DNA from: an uncultured Chloroflexia bacterium
GTDB taxonomy: Bacteria > Chloroflexota > Limnocylindria > Limnocylindrales > CSP1-4
NCBI GenBank assembly: GCA_963746405.1
Contig: CAVVAV010000002.1
Span: 628,155-692,154, forward strand
Direction of reading: 5' to 3'
Length of the DNA: 64,000 nt
Part shown: positions 1 to 13,864 of the stretch, piece after piece
Position numbering within the stretch: position 1 is the first letter of the stretch
Layout: each line of letters opens with the position of its first letter
Position numbers and translations under genes: made by a program
The notes under the pieces: model-generated
Seen by the model: only the letters and a program-made list of their open reading frames with translations
Told to the model about the DNA's origin: nothing
Database searches by the model: none

Positions 1-1213
1 CGTCATGTGATTCCGTGTAGATGACCCGCGTCATGGGTGGGCCGCGACGCTCGCCGGTGATGCCCTCGACCACGGTCGCGATGGACCGTTCCCGGTCGTC
101 GCCTGTCTCGAGGCTGGGTCGCACCCGCCGGATGAAGCCGACATCCCACTGAGCGCCGAACCCGGCCCCATCATCCGCGGTCGATACCACCAGCGTCGGG
201 TCGTCCTGGATGTCCTCCGCGATCGTCAGCTTCCAGGGCTGGCGTGCCCGGATCTCGTCGTTGATCCAGGCCATGAACGACCAGCCGTCGGGCAGCTCGG
301 ATGCCGGGTTGCCGGGCAGCCCATCGACGGTCCGGATGAACAGGGTCGCGTCGAAGCGCAGCCCGTCGGCCTGGAACTCCTCGAGCCAGGTCAGCGCGCT
401 GTCACGCAGGAACGTGCGGACCTCACCACGGCCGTAGTCGGGTCGGGTGGCGCCCCACGGCGTGATGGCACGCTCGTCGTTGTAGAAGTAGATGCCGCCC
501 CCACCGTTCACGCTCCATCCGTCGAACTGCCACAGGTCGAGATCGCTCGGGCCGAGATGATTGAAGACGACGTCGACGAAGACCGCGATGCCCTCGGCAT
601 GGGCCGCCACGATGAAGCGCTTGAAGGCGTCGGGACCGCCGTAGCTCGACTCGATGGCGAAGACATGCGCCGGGTTGTAGCCCCAGGACACGTCGCCTGC
701 GAACTCGAAAGGCGGCATGATCGAGACGGCGTTGATGCCCAGGTCGCGCAGGTACGGCAGGCGCTCGATGGCGCGGTCGAAGTCGCCGCGGCGATCGCCA
801 TCCGGGTTGAAGGTCCCCACGTGCAGCTCGTAGATCACGAGATCGTCGTGGGCGGGCATCTCGAACCGGTGGTCGCCCCAGTCGAAGGCCGCGGGGTCGT
901 AGACCACCGCGTTGCCGATGGAGCTCGTGACCTGTCGCGCGTACGGGTCGATCCGCCACAGCTCGGTCCCGTCCGCGGTGCGCAGGCGAAACCGGTACTC
1001 GGCGCCCGGCGCGACGCCCTCGACGTCCGCGGACCAGGTGCCACTCGTGCCGTCGTCATCGCGCGCCAGTGCCGTCGCCTCGGGCGCCCACTCGTCGAAG
1101 CTGCCGGTCACGACGACCGACTCGGCGTGCGGAGCCCAGACCCGGAACGTGGTCCCGCCGCGGTACGGGACCGCACCCATGCCGGGACGTGGCGATGGGG
1201 CGACCGCCCTCAC
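1..1213 (-). CDS. GH13 alpha-amylase family enzyme with N-terminal CBM48 (TreZ/branching-enzyme-like), partial, runs off the window
   Basis: Not in the ORF track because it has no stop in the window. Manual translation from GTG at 1213 (GTGA overlap with the upstream stop) gives MGAVPYRGGTTFRVWAPHA..., IYELHVGTF, SWGYNP, VDVVFNHLGP, DGLRFDAT. Confidence 0.88.
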   Translation of the reverse strand, partial: MRAVAPSPRPGMGAVPYRGGTTFRVWAPHAESVVVTGSFDEWAPEATALARDDDGTSGTWSADVEGVAPGAEYRFRLRTADGTELWRIDPYARQVTSSIGNAVVYDPAAFDWGDHRFEMPAHDDLVIYELHVGTFNPDGDRRGDFDRAIERLPYLRDLGINAVSIMPPFEFAGDVSWGYNPAHVFAIESSYGGPDAFKRFIVAAHAEGIAVFVDVVFNHLGPSDLDLWQFDGWSVNGGGGIYFYNDERAITPWGATRPDYGRGEVRTFLRDSALTWLEEFQADGLRFDATLFIRTVDGLPGNPASELPDGWSFMAWINDEIRARQPWKLTIAEDIQDDPTLVVSTADDGAGFGAQWDVGFIRRVRPSLETGDDRERSIATVVEGITGERRGPPMTRVIYTESHD

Positions 1214-1554
1214 TTGGGCGGAAGCGTCTTGCCGAGCTCGATCGCCCGTCCCAGCCAGCCATCCAGGGCCGCGTCGTTCGCCACGACGTCCGGCGGCAGC
1301 ACGGCGTAGCCCTTCATCGTCCGCCCGGCCATCGGGCTGAACGCCGACGCACCGGGCAGCGTCAGCAGCTCGGCGAGGTCGTGCCCGGCCAGCCGGATCA
1401 TCCACTGATCGGCGAACAACCCGGTGACGAGGTTGCCGCCGACGAACAGCGCGGGATACCCGAACATCTTGCGACGCTGGGCCTGTGGGAAGCGTTCGGC
1501 CGCGGCATCGAACCGGGCGACGAGCTCGGGTGGTGACTTCTCGAACGACGGCAT
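1210..1554 (-). CDS. TfoX/Sxy N-terminal domain protein
   Basis: RRKMFGYPALFVGGNL...GRTMKGY...WLGRA...LPPK pattern; SD GAGGAG upstream. Confidence 0.85.
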   Translation of the reverse strand: MPSFEKSPPELVARFDAAAERFPQAQRRKMFGYPALFVGGNLVTGLFADQWMIRLAGHDLAELLTLPGASAFSPMAGRTMKGYAVLPPDVVANDAALDGWLGRAIELGKTLPPK

Positions 1555-1622
1555 CGATCTCCTCGTTGATTCCCGGGCGGCGAGCTGCGGCAGCCGTAGC
1601 GTAGGCTTCCTCGATACACGAT

Positions 1623-2663
1623 GTGGAGGACCTTGGCCATGCCGCGCCCCGACCGTGGAGCGGACGATTGAAGGCCGGGATCGTGCTGCCGATCGCCCAG
1701 GAGGATGACGCGCCGGCGCCGGCGCCGTACCCGGAGATCCGCGCGGTGGCCATGGCGGCCGAGACGAACGGGCTGGACTCCGTCTGGGTCTACGACCACC
1801 TGCTGTTCCGGTTCGACGGCAAGACGACGGGGATCCACGAGTGCTGGACGATCCTGGCCGCGATCGCCGAAGCCACCACGCGGGTCGAGCTCGGGATCCT
1901 CGTCATGTGCACGTCGTTCCGGAACGCCGCCCTGCTCGCCAAGATGGCGGCGACGCTCGATCACGTCAGCGGGGGTCGGCTGATCCTGGGCATCGGCTGC
2001 GGCTGGCACGATCCGGAATACGAGGCGTTCGGCTACCCGACGGACCACCGCGTCGGCCGCTTCGAGGAGTCGCTCACGATCATCCGACAGCTGATCCGCG
2101 ATGGTCGGGCGGATCTGGACGGGCGCTGGATGACCGCCCGGGACGCCGTTCTCGCCCCGCCGGCGCGGCCCGACCTGCCGATCCTCATCGCCGCCCGGCG
2201 GCCGCGGATGCTGGACCTCGCGGCCCGTCATGCCGACATGTGGAACGACGCGTGGTTCGGGCTGCCCGACGAGCGCTGGCGGCGCGTGCGCGACGACCTC
2301 GAGGCCGCGTGCGCCACGGCGGGTCGCGATCCGGGGAGCCTCGAGCGGACGGTCGGTGTGGAGGTGCGCTACCCGGACCTCCGCGAGGCTCCGCCCGGGT
2401 CCGGCGACGATGCCGGTGGCGACGACGACGGGGACGGAGATGGGTCCGTCGAGCGGGCGCTCATCGGCGATGCCGCGGTCGCTCGCGCGTTGGCGGCCTA
2501 CGCCGCCGAGGGGACCGGGCACCTCATCGCCGCGATGGACCCGCGGACGCCCGAGGCCGTCACGAGATTCGCGGAGACCGTCCAAGCATTCCGCGCCGGA
2601 TCCGGCGATCGGCCGAGCGAGCTCGGGTCAGCGAGGGTCAGCGAGCCGCCGACCAGGCGCTGA
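1623..2663 (+). CDS. LLM class (luciferase-like) flavin/F420-dependent oxidoreductase
   Basis: DSVWVYDHL, LAAIAEATTRVELG, AKMAATLDHVSGGRLILGIGCGW motifs. The true start may be TTG at 1668. Confidence 0.9.
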   Translation: MEDLGHAAPRPWSGRLKAGIVLPIAQEDDAPAPAPYPEIRAVAMAAETNGLDSVWVYDHLLFRFDGKTTGIHECWTILAAIAEATTRVELGILVMCTSFRNAALLAKMAATLDHVSGGRLILGIGCGWHDPEYEAFGYPTDHRVGRFEESLTIIRQLIRDGRADLDGRWMTARDAVLAPPARPDLPILIAARRPRMLDLAARHADMWNDAWFGLPDERWRRVRDDLEAACATAGRDPGSLERTVGVEVRYPDLREAPPGSGDDAGGDDDGDGDGSVERALIGDAAVARALAAYAAEGTGHLIAAMDPRTPEAVTRFAETVQAFRAGSGDRPSELGSARVSEPPTRR

Positions 2664-3390
2664 AGTCGGTCTCGTAGGGCAGGACCAGCACGTACTTGCC
2701 GCCGAGCCTGCTCGGCTGGCCGCCGATCCGATTGGACATCCGGCGTGGCACGAACTGACGCCCGAGCGCCCCGAGGCTGATCGCCTCGCCCGGCGACGGA
2801 CTGGGTCCCCAGATGGCGTTCCCGTGCGGGTAGAGTGGATCGTGGACGATCGCCCTGGTGACGCGGAAGTCGTCGGTCGTCCCGGGCTTCGCCGTGGCCG
2901 TGAAGCCGCTCATGACCCAGGCGTGGCGGCCGCGCCAGACCAGCAGGCCGACTGGGCGTCCGGTCGCCGTGATGGCCTTCGCCGCGGTCCGCATCGCGGC
3001 GCCGAGGCTCTTCTCGCCCACGAGCCGGTACGGCCCGGCCCCGAGGATGTTGAGACCGGCGGCCCAGCCACGCACGCTGGCTCCCTGCCGCTGCCGGCCG
3101 TCGGGCCGCGATCCGCTCCAGGCCCGTGCCAGCTTCTGCAGCCGGAGCTGCGTGGCCGCGCTTCGATCGTTGCCGGGCTGGATCATGTTGAGCATCATCT
3201 GCATGCTCGCCCCCACGCACTGGACGAAGTTCGTCTGGGCGACGAAATCGGCGCGCTTCGATACGTCCCGCGTGTACTGCGTCGCCCCGCCAGTGGCGGG
3301 CGCGAGCGCGACGAGCAGCGCGCCGGCGAGCGCCAGGGCCGCGACGTGGCTGCGCCGCGCGTGCTGGGAGCGATCCAGGGTCGTCATCAC
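2638..3390 (-). CDS. Secreted protein, putative papain-like (C39-like) cysteine peptidase
   Basis: Signal peptide, then FVAQTNFVQCVGASMQM (Q..C), GRHAWVMSGF (H) and VHDP (D), matching the C39-type triad spacing. Confidence 0.55.
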   Translation of the reverse strand: MMTTLDRSQHARRSHVAALALAGALLVALAPATGGATQYTRDVSKRADFVAQTNFVQCVGASMQMMLNMIQPGNDRSAATQLRLQKLARAWSGSRPDGRQRQGASVRGWAAGLNILGAGPYRLVGEKSLGAAMRTAAKAITATGRPVGLLVWRGRHAWVMSGFTATAKPGTTDDFRVTRAIVHDPLYPHGNAIWGPSPSPGEAISLGALGRQFVPRRMSNRIGGQPSRLGGKYVLVLPYETDFSAWSAAR

Positions 3391-3442
3391 GTCAACGATA
3401 CGTCGTGTCGGCTCGTTGGGTTTTCGACGCTACCACCGCGGG

Positions 3443-7177
<3,735 letters not shown>

Positions 7178-7232
7178 GGGTGCGGGCGGCCTCGTGAAAC
7201 GATGCCCGAGTGTAGCCGAGGCCGCCCGTTCC

Positions 7233-8153
7233 TCAGATCGCCGCGATCCCGCGCGGAGCGAGCCTGGGTCCGTAGCGCGGCGTGCGCATCCCGCTGAGCT
7301 CCAGCAACCGGACGACGAGCGCGCGCCGACCGCGGTACGGCTCGAGGAGCTCGAGCATCCGGGCGTCGTCGCCGCGCGGCTCGCCGGCCAGCGCCCAGGC
7401 CACGAGGTTCGGGAGGTGGAAGTCGCCGACACTCACCGCGTCGTCGTCTCCCAGCGCTCGGACGGCCACCTCCGCGGCCGTCCACGGACCGATTCCGGGC
7501 ACGGCGAGCAGGCGGCGATAGGCCTCGGGGAGCGGCAGGTCCACAACGGCCTCGAACCATGGCGCGCGCCCGGCGATCGCCCGGACCAGGTCGGCTCGGC
7601 GGCGCTCGAGGCCGAGCGGGTGAAAGGCGTGATAGGGGAGCGCGGCCAGCGTGGCCGGCGCCGGGAACAGCCGGAGACCCAGCTCGCGAGCGGCCGGTCC
7701 GGGTGCCGGCTCGCCGTACGTCCGGACCAGCCCGTGCCAGACACGATGCGCCTCGAACCCCGTGACCTTCTGCTCGACGATGCCGGCAACGAGGGCGTCG
7801 AACACGGCTTCGGTCCGCAGCGTGCGGACGCCGGGCCGTCCCCGGGCGAGCGAGCCGATCCGGCCATCGTCGACGCCGGCCAGGGCACCGGTGGGCTGGC
7901 GGTCCGGCTCCACGCCGACCAGTCGACCGGCTCGTTCCAGCGCGAGCTCGGCCCCCGCGCCCCAGCTCTCGGCGGTCAGGGTCCCCGGCCCGACCGCCAG
8001 GTGCAGGGTCGCGGGTCCGGCCGCGGTCCGCGTCGTCCACCAGGCTTCCCGCGAGGCGATCCGGATCGTCCTGTCGCCATTGCCCCGGACAAGCGGCGCG
8101 AGGGTCCCGACCAGGTCGAAGGGTCCATCGAATCGAAGGTCGCGCCGGATCAC
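7233..8153 (-). CDS. DNA-3-methyladenine glycosylase II family (AlkA-like, HhH-GPD)
   Basis: [23 protein letters not shown] (HhH), [13 protein letters not shown] start at 8153 lies 6 nt after a CAGACT -10-like box. Confidence 0.88.
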   Translation of the reverse strand: MIRRDLRFDGPFDLVGTLAPLVRGNGDRTIRIASREAWWTTRTAAGPATLHLAVGPGTLTAESWGAGAELALERAGRLVGVEPDRQPTGALAGVDDGRIGSLARGRPGVRTLRTEAVFDALVAGIVEQKVTGFEAHRVWHGLVRTYGEPAPGPAARELGLRLFPAPATLAALPYHAFHPLGLERRRADLVRAIAGRAPWFEAVVDLPLPEAYRRLLAVPGIGPWTAAEVAVRALGDDDAVSVGDFHLPNLVAWALAGEPRGDDARMLELLEPYRGRRALVVRLLELSGMRTPRYGPRLAPRGIAAI

Positions 8154-8239
8154 GTGACGAGTCTGGCATGGAATCGACATGCCGACGGAAGGCGACGCAA
8201 GCCCTGCTCGACGCGAATCGATGGTACCGTTCTCGAGAC

Positions 8240-8842
8240 GTGCGACGCCCCAAGGTCGTCGCGATCGCAGCGCTCATCGCCGCGTTCGCCACGGTCGCCG
8301 TCCCCGGACCGGTGGGTTCGCGAGCCCCCAGCTCGCTCCAGACCCCCTCCGCTGATTTCTTCGCCGCGGCGGAGATAGCGGCTGTCCGCGGGCCGGTGAT
8401 GACGCCCTCGCCCCTCGATCCGGGGGCCCGTTCTGACGGGAACCTGGAAGAGACCTCGACCTTGATCGAGCCAGATCTCAGCGCAGAGCCGCCACAGGCT
8501 CGGCCGTCGGCTGCCCAACCGCAGGCGCGTACCGGCACGATCAAGAAGAACACCTGGCGGCTGGACCGCAACGTGTCCTGGTACGGCCCGGGCTTCTACG
8601 GCAAGCGGACGGCGTGTGGGCAGGCCATGACGGAATCCCTCGTGGGCGTCGCCCACCGGACGCTCCCTTGCGGCACGCGCATCACCTTCAAGAACCCCTC
8701 GAACGGCCGCGTCGTGACCGCCCCCGTCGTCGATCGCGGGCCGTACGTAAGCGGCCGCACGTGGGACCTCACCGGCGGGTTGTGCCTGAAGCTGCGCCAC
8801 TGTTACACGGGCTCCCTGTCCTGGAAGTACGCCGCGCGCTGA
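8240..8842 (+). CDS. RlpA-like (DPBB) lytic transglycosylase family secreted protein
   Basis: Signal/TM segment, then SWYGPGFYGKRTACG, VAHRTLPCGT, VVDRGPY, WDLT. Confidence 0.88.
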   Translation: MRRPKVVAIAALIAAFATVAVPGPVGSRAPSSLQTPSADFFAAAEIAAVRGPVMTPSPLDPGARSDGNLEETSTLIEPDLSAEPPQARPSAAQPQARTGTIKKNTWRLDRNVSWYGPGFYGKRTACGQAMTESLVGVAHRTLPCGTRITFKNPSNGRVVTAPVVDRGPYVSGRTWDLTGGLCLKLRHCYTGSLSWKYAAR

Positions 8843-8849
8843 TCGGCGC

Positions 8850-9296
8850 TCACGACGGGGAACCCCGTGGCTCCCAGCCGTCGGGCGCGAGCTCGAACCC
8901 CGCGAAGTCGAAGGCCGGGCTCACGATGCAGCCGACGAGCGTCCATGCGCCCAGCGGACGTGCCGCCTGCCACGCACCGGGCGGCACGACGACCTGCGGC
9001 ACGCCCGCGTCGTCGCTCGTGCCCGCCCCGAGTCGGTGCGTGACGACATCCGTCCCCTCGCCGGCCAAGATGCGCAGCTCGAGCGCGTCGCCGGCCGAGT
9101 ACTGCCAGATCTCTGCCGCATCCACCCGGTGCCAGTGGGAGCGCTCGCCGGCGGCCAGCAGGTAGACGATCGCGCTGGCGCTGGGCCGCGCGCCGGCCAC
9201 GGACTGGGCGCGCCACGTCTCGGCGTACCAGCCGCCCTCCGGGTGCGGGCGGAGGCCGAGGCGGTCGATGACGGCGGAGGCGTCGATCCTGGGCAC
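8850..9296 (-). CDS. Cupin_5 (DUF985) family protein
   Basis: LGLRPHPEGGWYAETWR, SHWHRVDAAEIW, QVVVPPGAWQAA, VGCIVSPAFDF. Confidence 0.9.
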   Translation of the reverse strand: MPRIDASAVIDRLGLRPHPEGGWYAETWRAQSVAGARPSASAIVYLLAAGERSHWHRVDAAEIWQYSAGDALELRILAGEGTDVVTHRLGAGTSDDAGVPQVVVPPGAWQAARPLGAWTLVGCIVSPAFDFAGFELAPDGWEPRGSPS

Positions 9297-9332
9297 GTGG
9301 CGATCTCCGATCAGGTTGGGTCGAGACCGACG

Positions 9333-10244
9333 CTAGCGGTCCCCGACGCGCGCCGCCTCGACGATCCGGCGAGTGGCGGCGATCACCATGTCGGGCCGGT
9401 CGATGTGGATCATGTGTCCGGCCCCCCACGCGAGCTCGAAGCGCACCCGCCCTGGTGAGAGGGAATCGTAGGCCGCGATGATCGCGTCGGCGAGGGCGTC
9501 GTTCGTCGCGGCATCCAGCCGGGGCTCCCCGCGGGGGGCGCGCAGGACCTCGATCGGCAGCCCGACCAGCGAGGCGTCGCGCAGCTGCCGCTCCGAGACC
9601 GCATAGTCCAGGTCCTCGACATCGGCGACGAGCGCACGCAGGCCGTCGAGCGTGGTGTCGTATTCCGGCCGCAGGTCTCCGAGCAGGGGATGGATGAACG
9701 TCGCGTGCAGGTCCGGATCGAAGGTATCGACCAGGACCAGACCCACCACGTCCTCGCGGTATCGGCCGGCGAAGACCCGCACGTAGTCGCCGCCATGGGA
9801 ATGGCCCACGAGCACGAACGGGCTCACCTCGCCGGAATCATCGAGCGCCATGCGGAGGTCGGTCGCGGTGTCGGCGAGGGTATGGCGGCCACGGGGATCG
9901 CTCGACCCGAGCCCCGGACGGTCGTAGGCGCAGGTCCGGGTCGTCCGGGCGAGGTCGTCATGGACCGGGCTCCAGCTCGCTGCGCCACTGCCCATCCCGG
10001 CCTCCAGGACGACGGTCGGAACGCCGCCGCCCCGACAATCGAGATAGACGGAGCGCCCGTCGACATCGACTTCGTCGCCCAACGGGAGGTACGGCGCCGG
10101 CAGTCCGCGCAGGGCGAACCACGCGCCGGGACCGCCAGACCGGACGACATCGATCGCGAGCCCAAGCCCGAGTCCGAGCACGACCGCCAACGCGAGCCGC
10201 ACGATCAGGGCCCGCGTGCTCTGGGACCGGCCTTCGGCGCGCAT
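9333..10244 (-). CDS. Membrane-anchored alpha/beta hydrolase
   Basis: N-terminal TM helix, YDRPGLGSS, VLVGHSHGG nucleophile elbow, AGHMIHIDRP. Confidence 0.88.
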   Translation of the reverse strand: MRAEGRSQSTRALIVRLALAVVLGLGLGLAIDVVRSGGPGAWFALRGLPAPYLPLGDEVDVDGRSVYLDCRGGGVPTVVLEAGMGSGAASWSPVHDDLARTTRTCAYDRPGLGSSDPRGRHTLADTATDLRMALDDSGEVSPFVLVGHSHGGDYVRVFAGRYREDVVGLVLVDTFDPDLHATFIHPLLGDLRPEYDTTLDGLRALVADVEDLDYAVSERQLRDASLVGLPIEVLRAPRGEPRLDAATNDALADAIIAAYDSLSPGRVRFELAWGAGHMIHIDRPDMVIAATRRIVEAARVGDR

Positions 10245-10267
10245 GCGTCTACCGTACCGGCATGCGA

Positions 10268-10295
10268 ACGCCGCGGCGATGACTCGCCGCGGCGT
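10268..10295. terminator. 12-bp GC hairpin downstream of the large secreted protein gene
   Basis: ACGCCGCGGCGA-TGAC-TCGCCGCGGCGT perfect inverted repeat; no U-tract. Confidence 0.5.
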
Positions 10296-10345
10296 CGTCG
10301 TCGGCGCGCCGGCCCGTCAGGACCGGCGCAGGACGTGCTGAGCGG

Positions 10346-13324
10346 TTACTTGATGACGAAGAACTGGTCGATGGTCACCCGCGGGCTGGCCGTCGGGGTC
10401 CCCGTGACGACGATCTTGAGCTTGCGGCTCACAGCCGTCGAGAAGGACCGCGTGAACACGACCCGCTTGGGCTGCACAGCCGACGAGAACGTGTTCACCG
10501 TGGCGATGAGCACGTTGTCGATGTAGACCCGGGCCTGTCCGTTGATATTGCTCAGGCGTGACAGCCAGGCCACGTGCTTGCCCGTGAATGTGAACGTCGC
10601 GGTCGCATTGGCCGTGCTCGACGCCTTCGCGGTGCCACCCATGTAGCTCGTGAGGGTCTGCGTGCTCCAGGATCCGGTGTAAGCGACCGCCGCGCTCGTC
10701 TCCGCGTGGTTCTCCGCGCGGATCGTGGCGGACGTCGCCCACGGGCTGACATTCCCGGCACCATCGATGGTCGCGACCTGGAAGACGTAGTTCTTCGCAG
10801 GATCGACCGGAACGTCGAAGCTGCCCGTGGTCGGGTAGCCGAGGATCGTGAAGGCTGCGCCGTCGACGCTCTGTCGGACGGCGTAACTGGCGAACTTGCT
10901 GCCGGCGGTGTCCGTCCCCGTCCACGTCAGGTGGACGTTGACCTTCGCGGAGACCGGGTTGCTCAGCGTATGGACCGGGACCGACGGCTTGGCAGGCGCG
11001 ATCGTGTCAAGGATGATCGTGTCACTGACCTTCGCCGACGGGGTCAGACTGCCGTCCCTGAACTGGGCCTGGACGGTCTTGATCCCGTCGCCCCCCGGGC
11101 TGAGCGTGATCGGCAGCGTCATGCCAGGGCTGTATGCCTGCCACGGTTCGCCGCCGACCAACGCCGGGGATGCCGCCCGGACTTGGGTGACGTCACTGGC
11201 GGTGTTCGGGAAGGTCAGGGAGACCGCGGTGGTCTTCGTGCCCGCCTTGCCCCCGTTGATCAGGACGGTCCCGGTCGGTGGGGCATCAAGGTTGATCGTG
11301 TCGGTGACCGGCGCTGCGGACGTGTTCCCGACCGCATCGACGAACTTCACGTAGACGGTCTTGGTGCCGTCGCCGGCGCTGAGCGTCCAGGGGACGCTCG
11401 CCGCGAAGGCGACGGGGGTTGCCCCGGTGAAGTCCGTGGAGTTGGAGATCAGCACGGAGCTGACGCCGCTGGCGCCCGCGCCGTCGGAGGCCGTCAGGTT
11501 CAGATTGACGTTCCTGGTGGTCGTGGCGGCCGCGCCGTTATTGATCGAGACCGTGCCCGTGGGGGCCGTCTCGTCGAGCGTGATCGTGTCGTTCACGACG
11601 CCGGACCAGTTGCCAGCGGCGTCGCGCCACTGCACATAGACCGTCTTGAGGCCGTCGCCCACGGGCAGCACCCACGGAACGGAAGGCATGTAGCTGAAGG
11701 TCGTGCCCGTGGTCAGCACGCCACCGGTCGTCGCCGACGAGTTCGACAGGCGAACGAGGCTCACCCCGCTGCCCGCGTCCGTCGCGTCGACGCTGACGGG
11801 CACGTTCTGTGTGCCGCTATGGGCAGAGCCGCCCTTGATGGCCACGGGGGCAGTTGCGGCCGGCGCCGTCGTGTCCGTCGCGGCGATCGACATCTCGTTG
11901 TGGAGGTAGAAGCTCTGCTGTCCTGAGGTCGCGTTGCGCAGGTTGTTCGCGAGGACCACGATCCCGCTGGCGGCCGTGACCGACTGCTTGGACGTGGTGG
12001 GGTCGTCGATGGCGGTCTCCGTCGCACTCCGGATGAACGGCGTGCCGCGCTGGATCGTCGTGTCGGCGGTCCCGCGGAACACGAGCGCGCCGGGTCCGGT
12101 CAGGGGCGCCGACTTCACGTAGACGGCGCCGCCGCCGTTGGGCGAGGTCAGGAACACCCAGGCGGTGTTCAGCTCCTCGCTGATGACGAGCTGCGGCCGA
12201 GTGTTGCAGTCTCCGACCGTGCCGACGAGATGCGTGCTCCAGACACCCGCCGCCGTGCGGCGGAAGAACGGGATGAGCGGCTGGTTCTGATTAGTGGCGC
12301 AACCCGCGGTGTCCTTGCCGGTCTTGCCCACCATGTAGACGCTGCCGTTCATGCTGTGTGTCTTGAAGTTGAGGTGGTCGTCGGCGACCTCGTTCGGGGC
12401 GCCCACGACGAGCGTGGGGAGCTCCTCGAGCGACCAGTTCGCCAACACGGTGGGATCGGCGCCCGCGGCGATCACGGAGAAGTAGTAGCCATTGTCCGCT
12501 GTCGTCGGGAGGCCGTCGTGGTCGCTCCAGCCGATCCCGACGTTGCCGGGAGTGCCGCCGAAGACGATCACGGCCGCGATATCGCTGTTGACGGTGCCGT
12601 TCCTGACCGGGTTGCCGACCTGTGTCGGCACCACGGCGGGAACGCTCCACGTCACGCCGTCATCGTCGGAGATGCTGTAGCGCACCTCGGTGAAGACCGA
12701 CCAGGCGGCCCACAATCGTCCGGTGGAGTCACGATCGATCGTGACGCTGCTGGAGCCTCCGGTCGTCGGAGTCCCGCCCCTGGTGTTGGGGATCGTGACT
12801 CCGGTACCGGTGAAGCCCGCGTCTGGCGTGTACGTGTTCGACGCCGTGCTGTAGGTGTACCTGAAGATGTTGATCCCGTCGTCGATCGTGGCGGGGCCGT
12901 TGACGGGGTACGCGGACGCGACCCACAGCGTGTCGGTGGCCTCATCCCAGAGGTAGTCGCCCGTCGACTGGTCGCGCGTGTCGATCGTGACGCCCATGTC
13001 GACCCAGGAGTGCGTCGCCTCGTCGAGGCGGTGGATGCGGAATTCGGACTTGGGGGTCGGGGTCGATCGGAAGAGGAACATCCCGGCGAACCACTGGCCG
13101 TCCGTGTACCAGAGCTTCGACTGCGGCTTGTCGCTGGCCGGTCGGAACGCGCCGCCGCCGAACGACTGGTCGCGGAAGCCGTCCGTCACGGGTGTCGACG
13201 CGGCGGCGATGCCGGTGGCGATCAGGGTGATCGCGATGGCGGCCGTGATCGCCCGGATGAAGCGCCCGCGGACGCGAGGTGGTGCGGCGGACACGCGGTC
13301 AGACAGGTTCTTGATCTCAGACAA
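10346..13324 (-). CDS. Large secreted multidomain protein (BNR/sialidase-like N-terminal region, three Ig-like repeats, FN3-like and carbohydrate-binding-like C-terminus)
   Basis: TTG start after a GGGGAA SD-like sequence; signal peptide; Asp-box SDDDGVTW; three repeats containing GDG.KTV...F/W.D..; C-terminal AVAYTGSWS...FTFTG...ARVYID module. Confidence 0.75.
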   Translation of the reverse strand: MSEIKNLSDRVSAAPPRVRGRFIRAITAAIAITLIATGIAAASTPVTDGFRDQSFGGGAFRPASDKPQSKLWYTDGQWFAGMFLFRSTPTPKSEFRIHRLDEATHSWVDMGVTIDTRDQSTGDYLWDEATDTLWVASAYPVNGPATIDDGINIFRYTYSTASNTYTPDAGFTGTGVTIPNTRGGTPTTGGSSSVTIDRDSTGRLWAAWSVFTEVRYSISDDDGVTWSVPAVVPTQVGNPVRNGTVNSDIAAVIVFGGTPGNVGIGWSDHDGLPTTADNGYYFSVIAAGADPTVLANWSLEELPTLVVGAPNEVADDHLNFKTHSMNGSVYMVGKTGKDTAGCATNQNQPLIPFFRRTAAGVWSTHLVGTVGDCNTRPQLVISEELNTAWVFLTSPNGGGAVYVKSAPLTGPGALVFRGTADTTIQRGTPFIRSATETAIDDPTTSKQSVTAASGIVVLANNLRNATSGQQSFYLHNEMSIAATDTTAPAATAPVAIKGGSAHSGTQNVPVSVDATDAGSGVSLVRLSNSSATTGGVLTTGTTFSYMPSVPWVLPVGDGLKTVYVQWRDAAGNWSGVVNDTITLDETAPTGTVSINNGAAATTTRNVNLNLTASDGAGASGVSSVLISNSTDFTGATPVAFAASVPWTLSAGDGTKTVYVKFVDAVGNTSAAPVTDTINLDAPPTGTVLINGGKAGTKTTAVSLTFPNTASDVTQVRAASPALVGGEPWQAYSPGMTLPITLSPGGDGIKTVQAQFRDGSLTPSAKVSDTIILDTIAPAKPSVPVHTLSNPVSAKVNVHLTWTGTDTAGSKFASYAVRQSVDGAAFTILGYPTTGSFDVPVDPAKNYVFQVATIDGAGNVSPWATSATIRAENHAETSAAVAYTGSWSTQTLTSYMGGTAKASSTANATATFTFTGKHVAWLSRLSNINGQARVYIDNVLIATVNTFSSAVQPKRVVFTRSFSTAVSRKLKIVVTGTPTASPRVTIDQFFVIK

Positions 13325-13594
13325 TGTGAATTCCCCCAACGAGCTCTCGGGTCGACTTACGCGCCAGCTGGGTAGCACGCCTTGGACAAGTGCGGGGGGA
13401 GCATACCCCGCGCGCCTTCCAGTGGGCCTTGCAACCACCGGGCTCGACGGTCCTGGTGGTGACGGGTGACACCAGATATGGGGATTCCGACCTGGACGAC
13501 GCGCAGTACGGAACGACCCGCGGCGACCCGCGAGCCGAAGATCGCATCGCCTCGTCGGCTGGCGGACCGGCCCGATGCGCCGTACCGTACGGGC

Positions 13595-13864
13595 ATGTGC
13601 CGAAGCATCAAGACCCTGCGTCGCCCGGGCGAAACGGCGACGACGGGCGAACTGGAGGCCGCCGCCCGCCAGTACGTCCGCAAGCTCAGCGGCTATCGCG
13701 AACCGAGTGCTCGCAACCAGGAGGCGTTCGAGGCCGCGGTCGCTGAGATCGCGCACGCCTCCCGTCACCTGGTCGAGTCGATCGGTGTCCCCGTGGAGGA
13801 GGGTCCGAATCGCTGGACCCCCGGGAGCGGACAGGCCCGGTCGCGACCGCGCGTCCTGGCGTGA
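13595..13864 (+). CDS. DUF2277 family protein
   Basis: MCRSIKTL...AARQYVRKLSGY..PS..NQEAFEAAV signature. Confidence 0.9.
   Translation: MCRSIKTLRRPGETATTGELEAAARQYVRKLSGYREPSARNQEAFEAAVAEIAHASRHLVESIGVPVEEGPNRWTPGSGQARSRPRVLA

Noticed and set aside
1623..1670. GGAGG followed by an out-of-frame ATG at 1639, hinting at another indel in the LLM gene
   Set aside because: An in-frame TTG at 1668 with an upstream GGAG gives a normal N-terminus, so no frameshift is needed.
7178..7232. Expected SAM or cobalamin riboswitch before metH
   Set aside because: The gap is only 55 nt, containing a TACACT -10 box and an SD-like sequence; no room or motif.
13325..13590. Possible c-di-AMP/c-di-GMP riboswitch before the secreted protein
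   Set aside because: No consensus motifs recognisable by eye.
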